From Tubiluchus corallicola (taxonomy: Eukaryota > Animalia > Priapulida): 64,000 nt of DNA. Under the pieces are notes generated by a model. The model was given only the letters and a program-made list of their open reading frames with translations. It made no database searches and was not told the DNA's origin. A program made the translations under genes and the position numbers. Position 1 is the stretch's first letter; every line of letters starts with the position of its first letter. Location of the stretch: the NCBI GenBank assembly GCA_030141605.1, contig JAQGDQ010000018.1, positions 310,001 through 374,000 of the forward strand. Reading direction: 5' to 3'. Below, one piece after another: positions 34,997-47,385 of this stretch.

Positions 34997-35014
34997 CTGT
35001 CCTACGTCGTTCAT
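34997..35014 (-). CDS. TNS: Candidate alternative first-exon coding part (MNDVGQ)
   Basis: ATG AAC GAC GTA GGA CAG|GTGAGC, phase 0; TATA-like motif about 165 bp upstream in a CpG-rich patch. Confidence 0.45.
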
Positions 35015-35144
35015 ATGGCGGATTATCCGGTAATCCACAGAGTAATGCTAATCCACAAACACAGTCCACTTGCCCACAGGAAAGGAAGAAGCCTGGTACA
35101 CCAGCCGAATCAACTCGGCTACAGAAATCGGATCTGGCAGCTAG

Positions 35145-35185
35145 TTAAATATAGCGGATGGTGTATACAGCCTATCTATATATGG
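35145..35185 (-). promoter_or_regulatory. Candidate promoter: TATA/CArG-like CCATATATAG and MEF2-consensus TTAAATATAG
   Basis: Motifs lie in a CpG-rich patch just upstream of the candidate first exon ending at donor 34997. Confidence 0.35.
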
Positions 35186-38100
35186 AGCAGGGGGTGTCAT
35201 TCAAATGTGGCGCGCGGGGGCAGCGGTGTGCATGATGAAGACGCCAGCGACAGCGAACGTTGAACACTTTATTGCACCAAAATTTAAATTTACGGCCTTT
35301 CAATTAAACAAACTGCATTTCGGTTGCGTATTTCATCTTGTCTGTAGTTTGTGTATGCCCCAGTGGAAATGTTAACTTCAATGTTATGTAAAAATAACCG
35401 TTTGAGTCAATATTAGTCATCACCTCTAATTTTATGTTGATTTTCTTTACATCTGGGTTAAGCATGAGTAGCCGTTTAGTTAAGCCAAAGAGAAATTTTT
35501 GGGGTCGCTCGACTTTCGAGGCCCACACAGCACATCAGCCGTTTAACTAAGTGAAGTGGGCATTGGGTCACAGTATTTTCCTGTCCACAATTTAGGCAAC
35601 CAAGCCGGCACCCTGATCAAGCACTGAACGCCAGGGCTTACTAATCTACAAATGTTGAATTGTTGTGCTGGCACTGGAAAGATGCAACAGCAACACTAAG
35701 CCGTCAAAGACGTCTACACCAACATGCACCCTTCCTCAATAAAAAATAAATGAAACAGAGCAGTAGCAGTATGACAGGTGAAATCGTCGAGGAAGAGAAA
35801 CATTTTCTTGGCGGTTATCCCTCCATTTGCTAACGAGACACGACGCTACTTGAGTTTACCAGTTATTTTGTAGAGTAAGAAACTAGAGTAGAGTAATTAT
35901 TTTCAGATTCACATGGTATGCTATTTCTTTAAAATTTTATCAAAATTAGTATAACGATTGTTCAATTTTGTGGCCCGTGCGCTAATTGGACTCTTGACTT
36001 TTGCAATGTGTAATAACGACTGTGTACGCCAGTAATATATTAATAAAGTCGTGACCCTCGCGATATGCTAGACTTTTAGCTCACCGAAATAATGTCACAC
36101 GACTCGTATAGGTAGAAGTGAAAACCAGCAGGTGTAGTTTAAATTATTAACTATTTACCCTTCGCTCTGCGATCATAATAACATTCTGTATCTGGTAAAA
36201 CACTAAGCAAAATTCCAAAGCAACAAGTCAAACTGTTGTAAAATTTTACAATACCCCCTGGTTAGTAGAACATACTCGATCCCTGGACGCTGACTTTACA
36301 TTCCAGAATGCTAAAGTTTATCAAGCGTCAGGATGCACAGATGAGTGGAGGCGCTATAATAAAAGAGGACCAACGTAGCAGTCGTTAAACCCTTGACTGG
36401 TCATTAGAACATGTTAGTAACGCTAATTCTTCTAAGCGATGCTATTTCGCTGGTTTACTGATGAATCCTGCCACAGCCTGACCGCAATGATTCAGCATCA
36501 TCTGTTTCCAAAACAAACTAACGAGCTGTTGAACTTTAAATAACATAGCCATAGAATAAGAATGAGATTACTGTAATTGCTTGTACTTTTCGTTTAGCGA
36601 CTAGACGCGTTTACTGAAAATAAATTCATCATTTCCGAAATTTTTTTATTCGTGTTTTCAGTTGGAATAGCACAACGTAATTTTTGACATAAGGTGACAA
36701 AATTCGTTGCATTTTTTACTAGGCGAACTGTTATGTGTGATGTCCGTACGCGCTTCCTACATGCCTATGCTTAATAAGGAGCGACGCCATATTATTAAGA
36801 TTAAAGCAAACGCTCTCAGTTATGCTGACATGCACCATTTATATTCAGAAATATAATAAAAGTAATTTTTCACATTTCAAAACTTATATAGGTTATTTAA
36901 ACTTGTTACCATTATCACTATCACACTATCGCTACTGCCGTCAGCTAGTAAAGTCGCGATGACATGTCTTCATTTTAGCAGTGGCTTTCCATTTTCCAAG
37001 TTCTGCTACGCATGTTGAATCTAAAGTTTTGTGTGTTTATAATTCTAAGCAAAAAAACTTTGCAAGATAAATCGGGTTCCAGATTCAAGTTGCCTGCTTA
37101 TTTTGTTACCAGAGTTTACTATGCCATTTTCCAAAACAGTGAAAGACACATACGAGTCTGAGTCTATCAGATTCACCTGACTGAAATGTGTAGAACATCC
37201 CCTGGATGCGCTTATTTTACTTGTCAATGTTTATTTTTAATTGTCAATATATCTCGTTCACTTATTTGTGTTTACATATCTACAGAAACGACGCTGAATT
37301 AAAATACAGTGAATTAATTCATAAATATTAATTACCAAAAGGTAAGATAATAAATCTTTGTAATAAAAGACAGACCGCTAACACGCAGACAGTGTCAACT
37401 CACAGGCATGCTCAAAACTCAAAATTAATTTTTTCTTTTACGTTACATATATTGTTAAGTACCTATCATATACAGCGAATATTTAACAAAGTGTAAAACA
37501 GTTACGCACTGTCCAATCCTGTTGCGTAACTTGCGTATAACATTTTACGTACGTATGTACTGAAATTGCCTTCGTTGGCTTCTTGGCGCCATCTTCAGGA
37601 AGATATTGTGAAAACAAATCAGCAAAAATTGTGAAAAGTGCGGCAAAATGCGTTACAGCGACTAAATGAAAGCTTACCAAATCATGAGGCTACATAGTAC
37701 TAGGCCTACATTCTGCAATCTGTATATGCAAAAACGTTACAATTAATAAGAACCTAATCCAATTACGCCCAGAGAGCTGTCCAGTTTAGCTAACTAAGCT
37801 GGAAATTTCTGGTGTTTCCAATGCTGGTCAGTTTACATGTGTTTTACAGTCCACTTCCACTCTTTAAATTGTGTTTAACCGAAAAAATGTTTAATCTGTA
37901 CTCTTCAGACCTCAGGTGCTCTAGTATTATTTATTGGTTAGTGTCCCAGATGTTACCTATCTGTAGATACTTGACGTATCGATGACAGTAACGAGTATCA
38001 AGCACGCAGACACTATCGGTACATTAACCCAGACATACAACAGTGAACACGGTCAATGTATTGACGGACAAACCAGCTATAGCAATTTCTAAAACAAGAT

Positions 38101-38470
38101 AGCTACATAAGAGCTGGTAGGTGATGGATCAAAACAGTGACTTTAATATACTGTGTGTAGCGGATTTTGTCTTCCTGTCTTACATTAACAGGAGCGGATT
38201 TTGTTACCATCAACAAGACTATCAAAATTTCTTGCTTGGTTGATTTATGTGGGGCAACTGGTTGTTTAACTGGCTGATCGGTTGAGTAGATGGCGGTTGA
38301 TTTGTTAGTTGATTCATTGGTTGGTTAGGTTTAGGTGGCCACTGACTGAATTTTCACATCATATTAATCAATTCATCGTCATGTGTCATTAATTTATACC
38401 ACGAAATAATTAGAACTGTAGAATAATTATGCTACGAAATCGCAAAGACTAGTTTGACGTTTACACTTAC

Positions 38471-38503
38471 CATTTTGTAGGCCGGTGTAGGACTATCTGC
38501 AGC
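38471..38503 (-). CDS. TNS: Candidate 33-nt tensin microexon (AADSPTPAYKM)
   Basis: TCTTTTTTGCAG acceptor, ATG|GTAAGT donor, phase 0-0, no stop. Confidence 0.65.
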
Positions 38504-39563
38504 CTGCAAAAAAGACAAAAATTGTCAAAGCAAGGTTGCAATGTCTTTTTGCACAGATGGATTCATGAATCTATATAACAATAATACAAAATTCAAATAA
38601 GCTCTTTCTATATTATTTTTGCTATATGTTTGAGGAAAGTATGCTATCACGTAAGTGGCTCATTGAACAATCTAAACAATTTTTTATCTGCATGTAATGA
38701 ACAAGTTTACTAAATTCGAGCAAAGCAGTATGCTGGGAGTAAAACTAGTAACTTAGCTATGCGAGTTTTATGACAATATATTTGCGACATTTATATGGCT
38801 TACAGTTATTGAGCTCTATACAAACAAGTGTATGCAATAATTTCTTCGCATATTTGGATTAACGTTGGTGTAAAGTAGTAACTTCAGCTGAGGACCAGGC
38901 AAATAATAATTCTGATTATCAAACAAGAGGCGGCACTGAAGCCATACACTGCCGCCGCTGCTTTGTCATCCCATCAAACACCGCTGGAGAAATTGCTTGC
39001 ACCTGAGGGCAAACAAATCCAATTCAGAATGTCTATTTCGTGGATCTTGTTGATTATAGTCCAGAAACGTGATAGCCAACATGATTTCACTCTTGTATAA
39101 CCATCAAATAATCTCTCTTGCATATCCATGGCGTTTTCACTGGTCACGTTTTCGTTTGCCAGACTCAACAGAGCTGCCTTCCGGTTTTATAGATGACAAC
39201 TGATTGAAAACATGCATTGCTACTTGGCTAGATAGTGCCTAACTTTCTTCTTCGTGTTTCGAATGGATCTACTTTCTAAAGCTTGGTAACTCTACGGATA
39301 TAGGGAAGGTGGATGCAAGACCTCAGCTGCCCGATATTTTTGTTAGCTATGAATAAGATGTGCTGCAAAATAAATACTAGTCGCAATCCCGAATTCTCCT
39401 AAATTATACAGGGCTTCGATGGATTTGTTTAATATTTTTGTCCTCTGAGTCTACACTGCAGTATACGGCGGGATATCTGAATTATTATGTTCAATTTTGC
39501 CGTTCTTTATAGACCACATTTCTTTATAACGTAAGCCTACAATATTCCTTTAACAATGATTAG

Positions 39564-39785
39564 ATCATCATCAACATTAATCGAAAACCATCTTCATTAT
39601 CATCATCGTCACCATCATCATCATCATCATCATCCCCGCTACCATCATTGGCATTGTGACCATCATCATCATCATCATTACCATCATCATCACCACCACC
39701 GCCATCATCATCAATCATCAGCAAGAAAAACATAAACAAATGTGAGTTATAGAAAGAGTATGGCCAACAGCAGCAGCAGCAGCAG
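39564..39785. repeat. Imperfect (CAT)n/(CAC)n tract followed by a short (CAG)n
   Basis: Visible triplet runs. Confidence 0.9.
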
Positions 39786-41109
39786 GAAAATATATTAATG
39801 ACAAATTTGAGTTACATAAAAAGATGAAATAGATTTTGACCGGTTTAATAGTAACAGTGTGCGTATAACCGCGATAACAGATTCATCTTTTATGCGCAAC
39901 TAAATTAAACTTAGTGAAATGGTTTTGTGATTTCGCAACACTTTGGATATAACTGGTACACGGTTAAAAATTTCCAGGACTATTCGTTCTCTCTCCCCCT
40001 CCCCCACCATGAGTTACAGACACACATCTTGTTACTTCTGTGCATTTTTCTTTACATTTTTTATCTTTGACATATATATTTATATATATATTTATATATA
40101 TATAAAAGCAGTCTCACTTACTGCTTTTGCTATCGTAATATGGCTGTGTAATGAGAAGAATACATAGATGAAAGACTTATACCTTTATATCAATATCTTG
40201 AATCGTATTAGTGCTAATGCTAATCCAATAAATTGTTTGTTGCTCGAATTGTTATTCTAATACATCTATATGCCTTTCATTCGCTAATGAAATTACACAC
40301 TGCTTTTTGAGCAAAGCGTTTAATCTCTCTATATTAATTGTCCTCTGCAAATGATCAACAAGGGATTAATAACTCCAGTAAGCGGCCGCCGGCAGCCATC
40401 AAATACATTGGATACCTGATCTGCAGAGCCAGCCGCAACTTTCAGCGTTAAGACCTAACGCATCAGTTCATTGAAAAATTCTATTAATTTGTGAAACGTG
40501 CAATTAATCCCAATGAATTCTACATTCGAGAAAAAACGTACAGAATAAGCGCCGGAGTGGTGATGAACTACTGTTACTAGCAGACTGTACCAAGATCATT
40601 CTCACTGCAGATTGGGAGGTAATCAGAATGAAATTTATGTAACTTTCATAACTGTAGTGAGAATCCACGAACTAGTAGCTGATGAGAGGTCAAAGAAATT
40701 GCTTCATAATATTTACTGATCTCACAAACAGCTTAAGGTAACAAAAAAAACTTGACAGTAAAAATCCACATAGAAGCAGTTCTGAGGAGAAACTAAAAGT
40801 ATGGTAGGTACAGTCCACACATTTCTGCACTTAGAAACCTGATTATGAAGATACGGCAAAATCAGGAGCATAGTACTGTTTTAGTTTTCGATTTAAGAAA
40901 AAAAAGACAGGAAATGAACTTTGCAGGACATTTGACGGTTTAAAGGAAGACCGGACGATTGTTTAGACTTAATCTCATTTTAATTTACTGTCCAAAATAG
41001 ACATTTTCTTGCTTATAAAAGTTAACAATTGTTCCTTATATTTGAATAATTAGCTTAGAAAGTTACTTAACGGCATCCGAACACAGCTATTGCTTACGTC
41101 AGAAACTAA

Positions 41110-41350
41110 CCACAGTTTGTGCAATGGCAGGCGTCCTCGCTTGCGCGTGAAGCACATTTGCATAGGTGTTACAGCACTACTTAAACGCATGATGTCACGA
41201 AAAATGGGCTTTACATCATATGACGTCATGAAAGTAACACAGCAGTTCATGACCACGGTTATCACGGTACCGCCTTCTATTTGTCGGCCACGCGCACGTG
41301 ACAAAAAGGCGCCGCTGCCAATCTTAGTAGATTCACTGAGCCGCGCGTAG
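41110..41350. promoter_or_regulatory. CpG-rich candidate enhancer or promoter
   Basis: Octamer ATTTGCAT (41156-41163), full CRE TGACGTCA (41221-41228), E-box CACGTG and CCAAT within about 170 bp. Confidence 0.35.
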
Positions 41351-43791
41351 CTTTGAAAGTTTAACGAAATTTGAGTATCCGAGATAATTATTATTTAATG
41401 TAAGCTTTGATTTAAAATAAGCTATTGTAGTTTTCAATATTTTAGAGCATTCTTTAGTCTGAACTCGTGTTTACACAATCATCCGATTTTCCTTTAACCA
41501 AAGAGTCGAAATCAAACAAGCACAGAGAATTTAAAACTAAAAGAGACCATCTTTTTGGCGCTTATTTGGCAACTTGACTTGGCGTGTTACAGTAACACTT
41601 ACAGAAACAGTGATAATGACTAGATGTATGCAAATCGACTATGCGAAACAAACATTATTTATGAAATGTATGCGAGGAAGAACTCTGCAGCAATAAAAAA
41701 ATCCCACCGAGGAACCTACCGTTCTGAATATGCGAGCGATAAGTGATACCTAGGTAGCATCTATATCATAGCGCGCGGATGCTCATCTCCCCATTCGGAA
41801 ACAAAGGGTTAATCATTCACCAGTCAACGTGTCTCTGAATAATTCATGCAATATTTTCTCCTTCGATCTGCAAAAGCCATCCCCCAGTATGTGCAACTCT
41901 TCAAGACAGCGCCACATCTCCACTGATCAGATAAAAATTCTCTAATCGCCCACCACCTTCTAAATCAGCGCACTTAATTTGCTACCACACTAGAAGCTAA
42001 AAAGTAATTTAAGCTCACACAAACAGTCATTACAGACATACCACGAATGATCAATATTTTAAACTATTTCATCGGAACTCGTTTATTGAGTAAGCAAAAT
42101 AACATCGCCTAAACTCTCCCAGGGGAATCATGCAAAACTTCCCACTTCATTGATTGCTTTAGTGGCGGGATATCGGGGAAACGGCATGAGAAATTCGAGT
42201 GCTTTCTTTGCTGTTCTTTCAATATTCGTGCTTCGCCTTACATTTACATTCGAGTTTTCTTCGTAATTAATCAGTGCTCAGAAATCTTCCTTTTTAGCAG
42301 CCCATTCATGGAACAGAAACGCATAAAGTGGAAAATTGCATTTGTCATGAAAACTGAATTACATTTATTAACATATAAAAGTGCATAAAAGTAGTCTGTC
42401 TTTCTGTGTGTCTGCTATATTAGACATGTGTCAACTAATATGAGAAAAAAATTAACAACATCAATGAATCCAGTGATTAACTGGCTTTGATTCGCATAAA
42501 CTAGAATGAGTTATGTTAAACAAATATTAATTCTAAGAAAATGACATGAAGGCCAAACTATTCGACCATATAAGAAACGGTTGAATACGGAGAAGAAGCT
42601 AAGTGGAAAGAGAAAGAACCAAAATGTGGAAAAATATCAAGCAAGCAATCCATCGCTGATAGTTAACATTGTTTTTTTTTCAAAACAGCCATTTGCTCAA
42701 TAGAACTGTAATTCTTTATCTCTCATAGTTCCCTACCTTGAAATTCTATTATACAGCGTCATAGCTTTTACACACAATTTTGGTTCGTCGCATTGCTGTT
42801 ACTGTTACAAAGCAATGAGTGACTAACAATAGTTTTTACTAACAATTAGTTTTCTATTGTTGACATGGTCAATTTAATCATCACATTTTATCCAGAGTAA
42901 TTATATTATTAGCGCGCGTGGTCTGTGTACCTAAACACTTCAGACCATCTCCGGATACCATCAAGTGTACAAAACCAAAGAATCGCTTAGCAATCAATAG
43001 AAGAAATAGCCCCATAAACCCCGCAACTTAATTTTCAGCTGTTTGTTGAGTTATTCCGATAATGGTATTACAGAGGGTCTCTCTTGCCTCTAGAGAAAAC
43101 TTGTCTTTCTGGACGTATTTTCTAATTTTGTTACTCGCTTGGCTTTACCAAGATATTCATAACTACCATGCAACCAGTGCTACGACATGATTAATGAGCT
43201 ATAAGAAAAATTATTCGTTACAGCTTACTGAAATCTGTTAGAAGTTTTGGTTGCTAACCAGGCAGAAATGTCGAGTGGCTAAATTTCATTAGCATAAAAA
43301 ATCACTACAGCAATAACAGAAATTGCAAAATTCTGAGCCAACATTGCCAACTTCTGAGAAAAAATTGCAGTGGACTGGATCATTAATACCACCACCATTA
43401 CCGACAACAATCGATAAGAAAGTTAGTAAACTTATATAGTTTGTCATTGTAATATCTCCACAGTGATCCAGCAAGAAGCCGTATTTTGTTGTATTCTATT
43501 CTATATCGTCACAAACAGCAACAATACGTGTAACAGGAACTGCTGGCAATGATGATGATGGCAAGGATGAAAACAATAGCAACAATAATTTCAACTTTCA
43601 TTCAAATTTAAGAGGAAAACAAATGTGTGATTGTATGGATTGGTGTGTTTGTCATTTTTATCATTAATCGTGTGGCAAGTTAGTAGCAACAGTTAGGGAT
43701 TCGAGTATTTAAAATTAAAAAGTTACGTCAGCCAAATTTTCTGTGTCTTCATTAAATAAGTATTTTTACTTTTTATTGTACACAAACTTAC

Positions 43792-43974
43792 CCTTACTAT
43801 TGGTCGGACACGTACGCCAAATTGCTGCGGACCTAACACATTGTGATTGGCGTTTCCATTACTGCCACTGCAGATCTTACCACACGTGTAGCACTCATGC
43901 TCGTGCAAATGTTTTTTATTTCTTCTTTGCTTATTGCGGCGCCAAAAACACGAGCAGTCATCCATTGTTACCAT
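43792..43974 (-). CDS. TNS: Candidate alternative first coding exon of tensin (MVTMDDCSCFWRRNKQRR...VRPIVR)
   Basis: ATG with an in-frame TGA just upstream; exactly 61 codons to a perfect AGG|GTAAGT donor, phase 0, matching the downstream phase-0 exons. Confidence 0.6.
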
Positions 43975-46900
43975 GCAGTTTCAACAAGGTTTACCACGAT
44001 ACCTTATAGCTTTTTTTTCTTGGCACATTGAAAATCAAAAATTCGCGATTTTATGACACACTATATTCACTGTTGCGTATAAACACATAGACCTACATTC
44101 GCCTTGTTTAACATTAATTTTGTTGTGTATCAAAGTACAGATGCAACACTCGTCTGTAACACCAAATTGTGTACAATGGCCTTGTGCGAATGCAGGCCTG
44201 CATTAGACAGTATAGGCAAATGTTCTTAACTAACATTACCAATTGCGATTCAAGTAAAATAAATGCTACCTCCAACAAGCGAAATTTGCGAAAAGTATTT
44301 CGTAGTTAAATTTGTAAATTTCACGAATTTCGTTTAGGCTTCACAATAATATTATGCACCATGGTGATCTGACCATTTCCTGACAACAAAAGACACGGAA
44401 CATATCTACTGACTTCTAGTCTAACTCGTAATAAATAATAGTGATGTCCCTGATAAATGAATCATTGCCTCGAGAATTCATTTAACGTCACGTTTACCTA
44501 ATTTCTCGTTTTTCCGTCTCTTTCCGATCAATCTTCCAAACTCGCGACAATTTTCCTTCTATGATAATACTCAACAAGCAACAGCGTCTTAGGTTCACTG
44601 CAACTGTTCACAAAAATCTCAATTCTACCCAGACTGACAAGTGTTACTACTTTATCAACACAGCAGAAAAGAAACGGCAGCTCCGTTTACTCACTTAATC
44701 AATTTGTTACAAGTTTCTTCAACTTCGAACTCGCCGCTTAGCCCAGTCAAGGGGGAAGCATTTCAGAAAACTAATCGCTGCATCCCAGTAATGAGATGAA
44801 GCCGAAGAGAGGAGCATGCAACTAGCCTACGAGACGTTGTAGTTTGACATAATGTAAACATGGCAGACACACTATCTTCGTTTTTATAGGAATATTATAC
44901 CTACGGTGGAACAATAACATTAAACTCACTGCTACACTACCATACGCAAGGCTGAAGCGCTTGCGCACTCTGATCGTAATAAGCATATCGAGCTCACAAG
45001 TGCTTTTTCGTTGAGCATTTTGTGAAATATTTACAGTACATGGTATGATGGTTATGGTATGGAACATAATTAATATCATGAGGCTATGAGCCCCAAAGAA
45101 CTGCGCGCTAATTTATAAAGGAGCTATGTACGGGAGTTAGAAATAAGTGACTTTTTCACTAATCACTTGTGCTGCCACAAAGCGCCATTCACGTTTGAAC
45201 CTGTTGCGCTTTTTCCCACACCGATAAAAAACAGGTGGTAAGTGAATGTTACACGCTGATGGTCATTAGGAAATTAAAAAACAGGTCATGGTATAGGACA
45301 TGTTAGCCTATACATTGGCGTATGGCTTAATAATATTACAGGTGCATAGAGTCAAACTGAGGTCTTGTTCTCCCTTTTCTATTTTTCACTTAAAATGTTT
45401 GGTGCTAATTTTTGATTCGATGATATTAGTTTCGTTTTTGTCATTGCAAATGTTTCACATTTGGGCTGCCATATGTGTAACTAAAGCAACAAATTTTGAT
45501 AACTAAAGTGAAATGGCCATTTTCTGCTCTATACTTGATGTGATATAGCTGAATAAACTAATTAACTTATTAAGAAACATTATTTTACTTTACTTTGGTA
45601 AAGTCGAATAACGTTAGTTTATGAGCAAACTAAAGTTAATCGTAATTTTACAGGAAATGCGTCATATTCTACTCTCTTGCCGCCACTTCTCAAAGGTATA
45701 ATATCGGATAAGTTCTATAAGCGAAATTTTATCTAATGGCGACACAGCGACAGCACTATGAACTCATATTAGTTTTATACTATGCAAAGCACAAGTTACC
45801 ATCCATTTTAATAAAAAAGAAAGCGTTATAAGCTGTTGTTTCTTTACTATAGAAATAGACTTTGATAACATCGTAACGATTAACGAAATGTTAGTAACTA
45901 TTTTACAGAAAAGAAAGCATCCACCCAGATAAGCTGTCCTCTGTGAAGTTTAATAACAGAAAATTTGTGATAAAATGCTTAACAAAGCTTCCCAATTTTT
46001 ATTGTACAATCATATAGCTAAGAGTAACTAATAATTATCGTCTTGAAGTGTTGAGAGTGTACACATAACACAGTACTGGTTATTTCAAGGCACAGTGTAT
46101 TAAAAGGCGCTACAAATTCAACTGAAACACCGAGTACTGGAACACTGCTGAAATTGGCAGCTTCATCTGAATTCATCTGAATCGATGAATTGCGGCAAAT
46201 GTGTAATTATTGAGAACTAGACGCTTAGGTGAAATGATGGAAATTAGATAATGGTACTATGCCCACGAGTGTGCGCAAATGGTTGAAGCCTTGACAGTTC
46301 TTACTGCTCCTTGGTGTCGGCCAGCTGGCAGAGATGTTACAGGAAGTCAGGCCATTCACTATTTCCATCTTCAATCAGGTTTCGAACAGAATGCACTTGA
46401 AATATTCAATTAAGGAATAATTCAGTCAAAAACGCTACACTTAATTTATACTAAATTTTATAATGAAATTGTTATAGTCAATTTAAACTACAAAACTACA
46501 ATGTATACTGCCTAGAAACTAGGGGTAAACCATCGAACAGCTGTGGGACGTTTGTGGTTTAAAAAATATAGTGAAGAGTTAAACGTGTTTTGAATCTGTC
46601 AGCGGGCCTCTTGCAGATGTCATTGTAACTAATAGACCTGCAAAGTTTTTCTGTTCTAATGTGTCTTATAATTTGTTAAGCGTTAGTGATTTTCACTGTT
46701 TCATCTATACAGCTTTTAGATCCAGCTCTACACTTTTCTGAAGATCTGTTTTGTAAAAATATAGTTCAATGCCTATTACCAATTGTTTCTTTCTTTTTTA
46801 GTGAAACAGACGATCAATGGTGGACGTATATCCTCTTAATAGACGAGCATGCTCCAATTAAATGTCTATACACCTCCTTAAAGAAGTGTAGTATTTTATT

Positions 46901-47357
46901 TTGCAGAAAAATGTAGAACAAATTCAACTGCTGCTTTTTGCCCAATTATAAAACCCTTCTTGTCTAATAAATATTAGTCGAGCTCAAAAATAACATTGTA
47001 TGAGAGTCACAAAATTGCCACGAGAAAAACAGATCTTAGTGAAACTTTCTTAGAGCACTTCTTCTGCTCGGAGAAGTGATTTTGAAGCAGTCCTGAGTAG
47101 CGGCAGTAGCCAAATGAAGAAGAGACAAATACTACAGCAGGTTCTCTCACTTGATGCACCCAAGGGGTTTGTCAGGGTTATCCATGACGTATACACTTTG
47201 TACGGAAGACGAAACCTTGGAAAAACGAAGTCAAGTTATTCCCACAAGAGTTCAGGAAGGGACAATTGCCAGACCGTTTGCTGAAAACTACAGAACCCTC
47301 TTTAGCGCTTACTTTGCTACTTTTAAAAGTACACAGATTAACAGCGCATGCTATGTC

Positions 47358-47385
47358 ATATATATATATATATATATATATATAT
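47358..47385. repeat. (AT)n microsatellite
   Basis: 14 AT units. Confidence 0.95.

Noticed and set aside
38974-39168. Minus-strand ORF MDMQERLFDGY... near the microexon
   Set aside because: No phase-0 donor linking it to tensin and no recognisable homology.
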